A stretch of 59,829 nucleotides of DNA, filler included, from Globobulimina sp. (Eukaryota), in NCBI GenBank assembly GCA_003354225.1. It is 12 parts of 12 records of this genome, joined end to end, with 100 filler letters (N's around TTAATTAATTAA, not from the genome) between each part and the next. Parts side by side here need not be neighbours in the genome. Positions count along the whole stretch, not along the records: positions 49,951 to 54,840 come from PIVH01000865.1; positions 54,941 to 59,829 come from PIVH01000866.1; 10 more parts are not named here. One strand, given 5' to 3'. A program made the position numbers and the translations under genes. Of this stretch, positions 50,005-59,829 are shown one piece after another; the first letter of the stretch is position 1, and each line of letters starts with the position of its first letter. Below the pieces are notes generated by a model, which saw only the letters and a program-made list of their open reading frames with translations, made no database searches and was not told where the DNA came from.

Positions 50005-53000
50005 TTATTCAGCAAAATTAAACGATTTTGGATTAATACCATTATTATGTTGTTTGTTTTCATCATCAATATCTTTGATAGCACTGGCAATCGCATTAAT
50101 TAATGCATTGTCATTCTCATTTTCATCATTCTCATCCTCGCCATCATCAGTTTCTGATCTTTCATTTCCATCCTTAAATGTATTTATTTTCAAATCATCA
50201 AAATCTTCAAAATTAATACTATTCCCATCATTACTGATATCAATACTCGATCGTGACTGTGAAACATACGATAATGTGTCATTCGTATCATTTGACTCTT
50301 CAATGCCATCACTATTCAAATCAAAAGAGAATACATTTGATTCTTCTTCCTCTTCATCTCCTTCTTGAATAACATCAGTTTTATAATCAAAAATATTGCC
50401 AGCCGCCACTCTCATCATTGCCAACTCCGCCGAACTAAACATGTCACCATTTTCAGTCACAGTGACACTCAAATCTGTATACGATATTTGTCGGCCATGT
50501 TGCGATTCGATATCATGAATAATAACAGACTCATTCTCATCGTCATTAAAAGATTCCATTTGTTCATCGTCATAATTATCAATTGTGTCACAAATTATTT
50601 GTTGCTCCTCTTCATTCTCGTCAATTGCGCGCATTTTACCTGATTTAGTGTCAATGCGTAAGAATAAATCATCGTTGCATAAATAACCAAAAACGTCCAA
50701 TGTGCGATCGGGATGAACAATATAATTATAATACGAATCAGCATCACTTGTACGGGTCATACTGGTCATACTCTTATCGGGCACATGTTTTCTTTCATTT
50801 ATATGTATGTCCTCTCTTTTATTCGTACAACAACATACTTTATGCACTAATAAACAGACATTTTTTATGCTTATTTTCATGTGCAAATTATACGAAAACA
50901 TCCATATTTTAATCCAGGTTGTAATATACACCCAAAATGGTTGAAATATGAATAAAAATATGATAATTGATACCGTGCTATAAATTAACCATTTAACAGA
51001 AGCAGAATGCGTTTCACTTAATTTATGATTCAATTCATTTATTGCTGTGTATGATAATTGTGATTCAATCAGTAACTTATTATTATTCTGCCAACATTCG
51101 TGCTGATATTTTGACTCTAAATGTTGCGTATTTTTTGTATTTATTCCTGCAGAATATTTCAAATCAAATTGTAATGAGAATAATATTGCTACAGTCGAAA
51201 CAAAACAGGTCCACATTATCAATAAAAACCAAGCTATACTTTTACAAAAATGTGGCAACGGATATAATGAATTTAACAAAGTAACGCGAACATCGTCCAC
51301 TAACTGCAACCTATGAACATTTGAGTTTGCTTTCCGTAGCTCTTCGACTGCAATGTCTAATGTTGATATTTTCTCATTGATCGAATTCCTTTTTAATCGC
51401 TGTAATGACTGTGCATATTTTTCATTTAAGTTACTTTGTTCATATTTTATGATTCTATCTTGATGCGAATCTCGTAAGTAATCCAATATTGACTCATCAT
51501 CCAACTCATCTGTCAGCGAATGCATTTTCTTTAATTCAGTTTCTTCAGAAAGACATACACGTTTTCGCACCGTTTTTGGCTGCGATTTTACAAATAATTC
51601 TTGCAAACAATACACCGGAAATAAACTAAATATGGAAGCAAATAATATCAGCTGCAATGCGATGTTATTTACAATATTAAAATGGTTTTTATTTATCTCA
51701 TTGTCTAAGTTTAAACCATAATACACTGACATTAACGCAAATACATTGCATAAATACATAAACAACAAACCAATCCTTGTCCGCACGGATATATTCGTAC
51801 CCGATGGATGCAAGAAAATTGATAAAAATAAATGAACATTAGCGATATATACAAAATATAATTTAGAATGTAATTTGAATAAATTACATAGCGATATGGT
51901 GCTGGATAGCTTACATATTCCGGAGCCAATAAATGTATTTATATCAATGTGCTTTTTGGTTAAATATTTTTCAATGTATAATATCTCTTTACCTGCGATA
52001 TCATTCTTCATTCTTTCATTTCTTTTTTTAATAAATATCACGTCTTCGTATGCCAAAATTGGTCGATTTATGGTCTTATCCACCCATTTTAAACCGGATA
52101 GAAATATTATAGTTATTAGTAAAATGCCAATGGTAATCCATACAATGTAATGTTTGTGAAAGTTTTGTGAAGAAATCTCGCGCCAATTCCACGCTGCAAT
52201 GACACTCGGAATCAAAATAAATTCATCTTGGAATATTCTATGCGTTCCCAAACCTGTACAGCCACAAGTTATTGAATCATTATTTATATCATACACAAAA
52301 CAATTATTATCTGACCATTCATCAAAGGAATTATTCCAGATTTTACATGCTGGGAATAATGTGTTTTCATATAATTTATAATCATTATCATTGAAATTGG
52401 TGTTATGAAAAGTAATTAGATATGGCTCACATTGACTTGTTTTTTGATATGAATTGATTGGTAAATGACTATCTTTTCCATATAAATTGACAGAAATTGT
52501 ATTATTAAATTGTATCAAACTACAATCAATGACAGCATTTTGTGTATTAATCACCGTAGGAATGGTAACAAATTCATTTTGAAATCCACATTTTATGCTG
52601 TTATTCGCATCAAAATGAGTGGCAAACTTCTGTGCTAACACATGTTTTTCAGCCATCTCATGAGTAAATATTTCGCCAGGATACGAATCTAATAATGCTA
52701 AATAAGACGCATGCAATGCATTCTCCACCAACACAGAGTTTAAATTATGAATATATCCCGCCTCTGCATCCAATGTCGATACATACCGTTCTAAATTTTG
52801 TATCAATCGAAGCAATTCTACAGCCATTGCATATAAATCCATATGTTCAGTATTAGCTGTCTCAATATTGTCTATCTCATCCAGTGCATTTATATGATGA
52901 ATAGCATGAACATCAACATAATCTCTCGCCAAATGCAATACATTATTTGTATATTTATAAGTTAACATATTCAATGCATTAAATCCAATATATCCCTCAC

Positions 53001-54693
53001 TATTTGTTGCTGCTATTAACATAGATATTTCCTGCAACTTATCCTGTAATGAAGTAGTATCACTCGCTTTGAATAAACCATCAAATAATTTATCTGTAAT
53101 CTGCATATAAAATGTATACAAAGGATCAGTTGATTTAAGCACTGTAAACACTGCGCGTATGGTGGAAAATATCGACACAACATCAATTTTATTATCTATT
53201 CCCGTGTCAATAACCTCAGCTATCTCATCACTCAAAGCATTAATATCGCTAACATTTAGCTCAGGAAACTGCAAAATGACATCATAACAAGACACTGCCA
53301 ATGCTGTATCTTGAACCAACACAGTGATCACAGTATCGCCAGCTCCACCAATTGCCATTTCTAATGGATTGGGTACAAACTCGTTGATTACGGGAACATT
53401 GCCATATAATACATTATATCGCAGTTCTTTGTCACCCCCAACAAATGAATCCCAACCTGTACAATCTACGCTGTATTTCCTCCGTAAACGTAAACTACCA
53501 TTGCCATCATGATATATTTCACATTGACCACCTGAAGGCCCACTATGTGTTATCAACAAAATATTTGCAGATTTAACCGCTATTTCATCATTCACCACAA
53601 CATTTAATTTCAACTTATATTCATTTCCTGGTTGAAACACATGATGAAATTTCTTCTGTTTATCAGGACAATATCCCGCATGCTCTGTGCGTATCGATGC
53701 AATAATAACATAACAACTGAATACATCATACACTATTCCATCAATAATAAGCGAACCAGTCTTCGTATTATAAAACGTAATATCACTCTGTTGATCGTAG
53801 TATTCATTCAATGATATATACTGTTCCCCGTTTTGTAGCAACCATTCAAAGTGCTCTCCTAACTCCTTATCATTCAGTTTTACCTCAGATTTTACATACA
53901 CTTGCATTGATATTTCCAGTCTCGCATAAACATCATTGATCAGCACAGCATCGTCATACTCACTGGTATCGAATATGACAATTTTATACGTTGAAACAAT
54001 GCTCGTTGTGGAATAAAAAGAGGTTGGATTGGTGGTAGGAGTCGATGTTGGCGACATAGTACAGCCAGCCATGGATATAGAATAATGATACGAACTGTAA
54101 TCACATTGATAGCCAGCTTTATAAAATCCAGCTTTGTACCAATACCAATATTTATCTGCTGTATAGTCCACGTATTCATCGTCATTATATACGTTGACAC
54201 AGTCCATATGATTCACGCTGTTACTGGCTATAATCTGTAAATAATAATAACTGCCTGCTCTCAATGCAACGGTTAATCTCAATGGATTATCGACAGTGTA
54301 TATGGGTTCATATCCATTTGAGTCATGTATATTTGTCACATCATCTAATGAGTAAAGAATAATTATACCGTCAAAATACGATGAATGAGTTGCATCAATT
54401 GTCACATTGATATATTTGTCATCTGCACCATATTCATGTGGGATTTGTAGCAAATAATAATGACCATCATCACCCCACAAATTACGGGTTTGTCTATCAA
54501 TTAATTCGTAGTTACTATCAATGACATCACCGCATGATATTACTCCCAATACCGGTGTGTATGGGAAATGAGTGGCCGTTGCCAGTGATCCATCAGAACA
54601 TTTGCAAGTAGCTTCACAGGTTGACTTATCATGACATGATGTACTCGATCTATCGGCTGTATAGTATGTGGTGACATTGTCAAGACAACGCAA
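50005..54693 (-). CDS. Polycystin-1/REJ-like membrane protein with GPS motif, probably 5'-partial
   Basis: REJ-like PSGGQCEI..YSVDCTGW..LRYN. GPS PACKIWNNSFDEWSDNNC..ITCGCTGLGT. PKD1-like TM block HLFLSIF..SVRTRIGLLF..LPHFCKSIAW..KWL..FIFQP. PT linker and acidic tail. Confidence 0.8.
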   Translation of the reverse strand: MRCLDNVTTYYTADRSSTSCHDKSTCEATCKCSDGSLATATHFPYTPVLGVISCGDVIDSNYELIDRQTRNLWGDDGHYYLLQIPHEYGADDKYINVTIDATHSSYFDGIIILYSLDDVTNIHDSNGYEPIYTVDNPLRLTVALRAGSYYYLQIIASNSVNHMDCVNVYNDDEYVDYTADKYWYWYKAGFYKAGYQCDYSSYHYSISMAGCTMSPTSTPTTNPTSFYSTTSIVSTYKIVIFDTSEYDDAVLINDVYARLEISMQVYVKSEVKLNDKELGEHFEWLLQNGEQYISLNEYYDQQSDITFYNTKTGSLIIDGIVYDVFSCYVIIASIRTEHAGYCPDKQKKFHHVFQPGNEYKLKLNVVVNDEIAVKSANILLITHSGPSGGQCEIYHDGNGSLRLRRKYSVDCTGWDSFVGGDKELRYNVLYGNVPVINEFVPNPLEMAIGGAGDTVITVLVQDTALAVSCYDVILQFPELNVSDINALSDEIAEVIDTGIDNKIDVVSIFSTIRAVFTVLKSTDPLYTFYMQITDKLFDGLFKASDTTSLQDKLQEISMLIAATNSEGYIGFNALNMLTYKYTNNVLHLARDYVDVHAIHHINALDEIDNIETANTEHMDLYAMAVELLRLIQNLERYVSTLDAEAGYIHNLNSVLVENALHASYLALLDSYPGEIFTHEMAEKHVLAQKFATHFDANNSIKCGFQNEFVTIPTVINTQNAVIDCSLIQFNNTISVNLYGKDSHLPINSYQKTSQCEPYLITFHNTNFNDNDYKLYENTLFPACKIWNNSFDEWSDNNCFVYDINNDSITCGCTGLGTHRIFQDEFILIPSVIAAWNWREISSQNFHKHYIVWITIGILLITIIFLSGLKWVDKTINRPILAYEDVIFIKKRNERMKNDIAGKEILYIEKYLTKKHIDINTFIGSGICKLSSTISLCNLFKLHSKLYFVYIANVHLFLSIFLHPSGTNISVRTRIGLLFMYLCNVFALMSVYYGLNLDNEINKNHFNIVNNIALQLILFASIFSLFPVYCLQELFVKSQPKTVRKRVCLSEETELKKMHSLTDELDDESILDYLRDSHQDRIIKYEQSNLNEKYAQSLQRLKRNSINEKISTLDIAVEELRKANSNVHRLQLVDDVRVTLLNSLYPLPHFCKSIAWFLLIMWTCFVSTVAILFSLQFDLKYSAGINTKNTQHLESKYQHECWQNNNKLLIESQLSYTAINELNHKLSETHSASVKWLIYSTVSIIIFLFIFQPFWVYITTWIKIWMFSYNLHMKISIKNVCLLVHKVCCCTNKREDIHINERKHVPDKSMTSMTRTSDADSYYNYIVHPDRTLDVFGYLCNDDLFLRIDTKSGKMRAIDENEEEQQIICDTIDNYDDEQMESFNDDENESVIIHDIESQHGRQISYTDLSVTVTENGDMFSSAELAMMRVAAGNIFDYKTDVIQEGDEEEEESNVFSFDLNSDGIEESNDTNDTLSYVSQSRSSIDISNDGNSINFEDFDDLKINTFKDGNERSETDDGEDENDENENDNALINAIASAIKDIDDENKQHNNGINPKSFNFAE

Positions 54694-55111
54694 TTAAAGT
54701 TTTGACTCTCTCCAAAACTTCATGCAACATTTTACAAACCTGCACTCAACGGATGTTTACATAAATATTTATACGGATCACATTGATAGTTCGTATCCAA
54801 CGCAATAGACACCTTCCTATCATCCGGCAACAATGTAAAANNNNNNNNNNNNNNNNNNNNNNNNNNNNNNNNNNNNNNNNNNNNTTAATTAATTAANNNN
54901 NNNNNNNNNNNNNNNNNNNNNNNNNNNNNNNNNNNNNNNNATGGCGCCGATGATCATGGCCACCGTATCGCCGGTGGACACGTTCTCGCGGCCCTGGCGC
55001 AGATCAAAAAAGCCGTTCAAAACCAAAAGTATCCTAACTTCCAGGAATGCTTAACAACCATTCTGCACAACCTTTTTGCCAATGTGTGAAAGGCAAACTT
55101 ATTGCCTGGAC

Positions 55112-58100
55112 TTATTGACATCCTGCATCCTGGCAGTGAGCCAGACTATTCACTATTGAAAAGACTGGGATAAATAGCTGACAGTGAGACTTTGTAATCT
55201 GTTTATTCAACGTAATGATTTGATAAATGGTATGGTTTACGATATGCGCTGGGATCAATAAATGAGGCGGGATCAGCACCATTTCGCTCACTTTGTTAAT
55301 AATATCTTGTATGGTGGTGCTATCCGGCAACTTGAATGAATATTTTATACATTTACGAAATGGACATCGAAAGTGTACTAAAATGTGAATGAATTTACTG
55401 TCCACAATGGGTATCGGTAAGGACAGCATTTGATAAGTATCAAACTTATGATTTTGTCGATTGCAGCGTAAACAAGTCGTAGTCGATCGATACTGTCCCA
55501 TAAATAAATCTACAATCACAGATTGATCTGTTTTGGTAAATATATCCCATGCCTCATTCGCCACGATTTCATCCCTCCGACCTGCACTGTCACCGCATTG
55601 CAGCCCTTTCGGTTTGACACGAATCCGATTCAAATCCTGATGTATGCCCTGCAACAAAAATTGCAACGCCTCTTGGCTGTCATGCTGCAGATTCCCTTCG
55701 AACATTGGGTTTAATTCTTGTATCAATGCGCGTAGATTGCGGGGTGAATGAATGGAATATGGTTTGCTGGCATATAAAGCACGGAGGAGGGCTCCAAATG
55801 CGATGGGAACGCGGCCATTATTCCCCAGGAAGTTATCCATATTGATCTCGTTTATGAAGACATTGGATAATAAGTACTGTTGGAATGGCAACGAATGCGA
55901 CAGACATTGTACTGCCGCGTTTAAAAAACAAGTGTTTCCCAGATTTTGCAGTCCGATCACGCGGTGCGATAATCTGTTTTCATCGAAATTAATGTCTGGT
56001 TTATTTTCTATATCCTCCTCATCAGAATTTGTCTGCTCTTTTTCTTCCTGCTCAGCTTCGCCGTTTTGCTGCGTATCTGTCATTTTTTCATCTTCCTCTT
56101 CATCGTCAGACGATTCTTCGTTGCTTGTTTTCGATATTTTGACACCTTCCCACTGTCCGTTTGCTTGTTGTACTTCTAAATAAATATAATTATTACTTTT
56201 TAAGTCCGTATCTCCGATCAATTCGTCGCCATCCAACAACACCGGCGGTTTGCTTTTGGGTACGCGGGAAACATATTTTTTCTTTTTCTTCTTTTTTTTA
56301 CTTTTTTTCTTGCCTTTGCCGCCAAATAATTTCGAGATTTTACCATTTGCGTTTTTTTTCATTTTCACAAATTGTTCGTACGATGGGGAGGTATTTAATA
56401 TTTTTATTTTCATCCTATTATGAGGCTGAATCACCAGCGATCGCTCATTGTGTAACCACCAAAACCGCAATTTATGTGCATCGATTTCGTTCTCCTGCGC
56501 ATGCATTGAGATTATTAATGGATCGTATTTTAATATAATTTGTTTTATATAATGCAACGAGGTTTGTGCTGATATAAATATCTCCCATTGATAATAATTA
56601 CCATTATAAATATGATCCATTTTATGTGTAAATGTGCTGTGTTTACTTGCTTTATTCATATTAAATATGGACGATGCTCTCCGTTGCAGCTCAGGTATAA
56701 CCTGACCTTGTTTTGCTTCTGCTGCTTTATAATCTCTTTCTAATTTCAGATTTTCTAAAATCTCTCTTTGTTTATCTAACAATTCCGGCGAGCTCTTTGT
56801 ATGAATGTATAACCGCATTGGATATACCTCTAAATACGATATATTTGCCTTGGTTGCCGCATCGTAATTGCCTATAATACTCCGTCTGATACCTGGTCCG
56901 CCGCCATACCATTTCAATAACACCTTCCATATGGCGGGGGCCACACAAATATAATCTGCACAGCCATTTAAATCGGGTTTTAAGATGAATTCATCATTGG
57001 CGTATTTTAAGATTAATGCTGTATTATCAATGGGGCCCAATGGATCTGCATATTTATGCTCCTCTTCATTGCGTGATATGTCCGCCACTCTGCCATCATA
57101 TTTATACGTTGCTTTTATATTTACTTTCTGGCACCATTCATTCCACCAAATACTCGCTATTACGTAATAGTGATCGCCATATTCCTCAAAAGCAGGCTGT
57201 TTATATTCATTTAATATGGCATTTAAGTCATGGAACAGCGACGATATTATCTCAAATTCTAACGATATTTGCTTTGGTAAGGGATTAATACCAAATTCAA
57301 TCAATGCATATCTATGAAAACCATCACACACAATATCTATGTCCATATCGCCAATTATTTCATTAATTCGGTCTACCTCCACATCGGTCCGTCGTTTCAT
57401 AATAACGCTCAATGTGTTTATTATATCATTGATGGTGATATTTCCATCGTTATCCGCATCTATTATCTATGTATAATATAATATATTTATGTGCATATCC
57501 TCGCACATTGTGAATAAGCATAGTACCATACCTTGAACACAAGATCCATAGAAACCGGATCAGTGATATACAACTCAAATATGCTTGAAAATTGCTCAAA
57601 AGTCAAGAAATATCCACAATTACATTCATAGATTTCCTGTGTGTTATACCAGGCGGAGTACATTTTAATAACCTCCGATACAGAAACTGTTATTTTAATT
57701 ATGTTTTTATCATTGCATAAAATATACACACTTAAATTCAAACATATGACGTAACATTTTGACTGTTGTACAGTTGCATAGATATAATCATTATCAGTGC
57801 ATAAATATCCATATTTTGCATGCAATTGCAATTGCAATGATTCATCGCAATCAACATTAATATACAAATCCTGCCATGTTTTCATAAATGTTTCAGGCAA
57901 TGGTCGAATGGGTGGCGGTGGAAACGTATTACATAGCCATGAAATAAATGGATTGCTGTCAATATCATATTGTTTGCTCCATTCATAAAAATGTTCAAAA
58001 GTGACTGCTTTCTCTCGCAACTCATCCAATTCATCCATGGATTTCTTATTTTCATCATGCTCTATATTTTCATTAGTTTTGTGTTCATTTAATAACTGCG

Positions 58101-58941
58101 CCTTTTCATCGGTTTTGTCGCTTTGCGTCTCACTTTTTTTGGCTGCAATGTCCTGCATTTTAGATTCAATTAATTCGTCCAAATCAAACTCAAAGTCAAT
58201 TGATTTATTTTCTGTTATTTGTGCAGCTGAATTTGAAGGCGAATTGGATGTGTCCTTAATATCAGAATGTGTCATGTCATTATCATTGGAGGGCAATTCG
58301 AAAGTGAATAGATCGAATAATAACTGATCCACTGTTTTATTGAAAAAATTAGTATCTAATTTTAATAAAATGTTTAAGATTTGCTCCATATCAAAATATG
58401 ATAATTTGGTGTTGACTTTGTATTCAATATCAAACATTCTCCAAAATAACAATAACTTCTCTTTGTGTGTGCCATGAATGATAATTGTCATTCCAATCAG
58501 AAATTGTTCAAAAGTTATTGTAAACGATAAAAACGGTGGTTTTCCCACTTTTGCTGTTGCTTTTTTCTTCTTTTTCTTCTTTTTTTGGTCATCCGATTTG
58601 TCATTATCAGTGTTGTTATTTTTATGTTCATTTATTGGCGGTTTTGGTTTTATGGCTGAATTGGTTCTATATTTTGCACCGATTTTTATGTTGCGTTTGT
58701 AATTATATTTCAATGTATCATCAACGATTTGGAGTTGGAATATAACAAATAAGCGTTCCATTAATTCTTTTGGTATGAAGGGGAATGCAAAATTCATAAA
58801 TGCAGATTTCGACATGCGACCTTTGTCTTGAATTCTGGCATATGTCTCGAATGTTTGTTTCATATTTTCTAAATCTGTTGTATTCCATCTTGAGATTGCT
58901 TCCTCTTTGTCTAATATTGGTGGGGCGATTTTGTTTCCCAT
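55112..58941 (-). CDS. USP32: USP32-like ubiquitin-specific protease (EF-hands, DUSP, USP Cys box), spliced, truncated before the His box
   Basis: MGNK myristoylation-type start and a recoverin-like EF-hand region. Intron 57531-57467 restores DADNDGNITIND in frame. DUSP YYVIASIWWNEW..GPIDN..WYGGGP. GLQNLGNTCFLNAAVQCL, QHDSQE, HQDLNR. Confidence 0.85.
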
Positions 58942-59054
58942 TCTTAAATTGGATCGTGTCTGGACTGATTATTATAAAATTCAAATGAAGTGACTTGTCA
59001 GTGGCGCAGACACCATTAGGAAAAAATAAATCAGCCAAAAATAAAAACCAGCTT

Positions 59055-59425
<371 letters not shown>

Positions 59426-59829
59426 ATGAATTATTTGTGGCGTTGTTTATGACAAAGGCGAATGTCGCATTTTGCCTTAATACCAAATAATAATCATAAA
59501 AATCATAAAATCAATCTACATTCAATTAATCATCGCGGCGCAAAGGATTTATACAAATTTATAAATAAAAGATGGGAAGATTACTGCGCAAGGAAAATTG
59601 TCATTCATTGTGACCGATTTTCTTGTCTGTGTGTTTTGTCTATGTTAATCAAAAAATGTTAACATTTTTATGTGTTTGTGTAATATACAGAACGTTCCAC
59701 TGTAAACCAGACGTCCGGTTTACCTTCTAAACTTTTACATTTGCGTTTGAACCCATGTAGTACGGTTTACACTGACATTTTGTATCTCCATTTCCCAACA
59801 AAAATAAAAATACAATTACAAGAATTGTT

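Overview
This window is not one locus. It is 12 unrelated contigs of about 4.9 kb, in decreasing length order (1-4901, 5002-9898, 9999-14895, 14996-19891, 19992-24886, 24987-29881, 29982-34874, 34975-39867, 39968-44859, 44960-49850, 49951-54840, 54941-59829), joined by artificial 100-bp N44-TTAATTAATTAA-N44 spacers. Adjacency across spacers therefore means nothing. The DNA is AT-rich and eukaryotic, with short (about 50-80 bp) GT-AG introns and the standard code. PT-repeat proteins and ART-like and PKD-like genes suggest a rhizarian, foraminiferan-like protist (inference only). Four retroelement classes are present: a Ty3/Gypsy pol with a probable tiny 3' LTR; an APE-RT LINE; a Penelope-like element inserted in a satellite, whose 130-bp direct repeats carry a variant (U3-A8) hammerhead ribozyme; and DIRS/Ngaro-like YR and gag-like pieces. 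Host genes with unusual architectures include a tandem pair of PB1-tyrosine aminotransferases ending in SKL, a WWE-3xcold-shock-Schlafen-CUE-like protein, a Dicer-like protein with degenerate catalytic sites, a giant protein fused to an Hsp70 ATPase domain, and a RanBP2-ZnF/ART-like/MATH-like protein. Also present are PKD1/REJ-like and USP32-like genes and a MetAP2 pseudogene fragment. All calls come from visual motif recognition; no searches were run.
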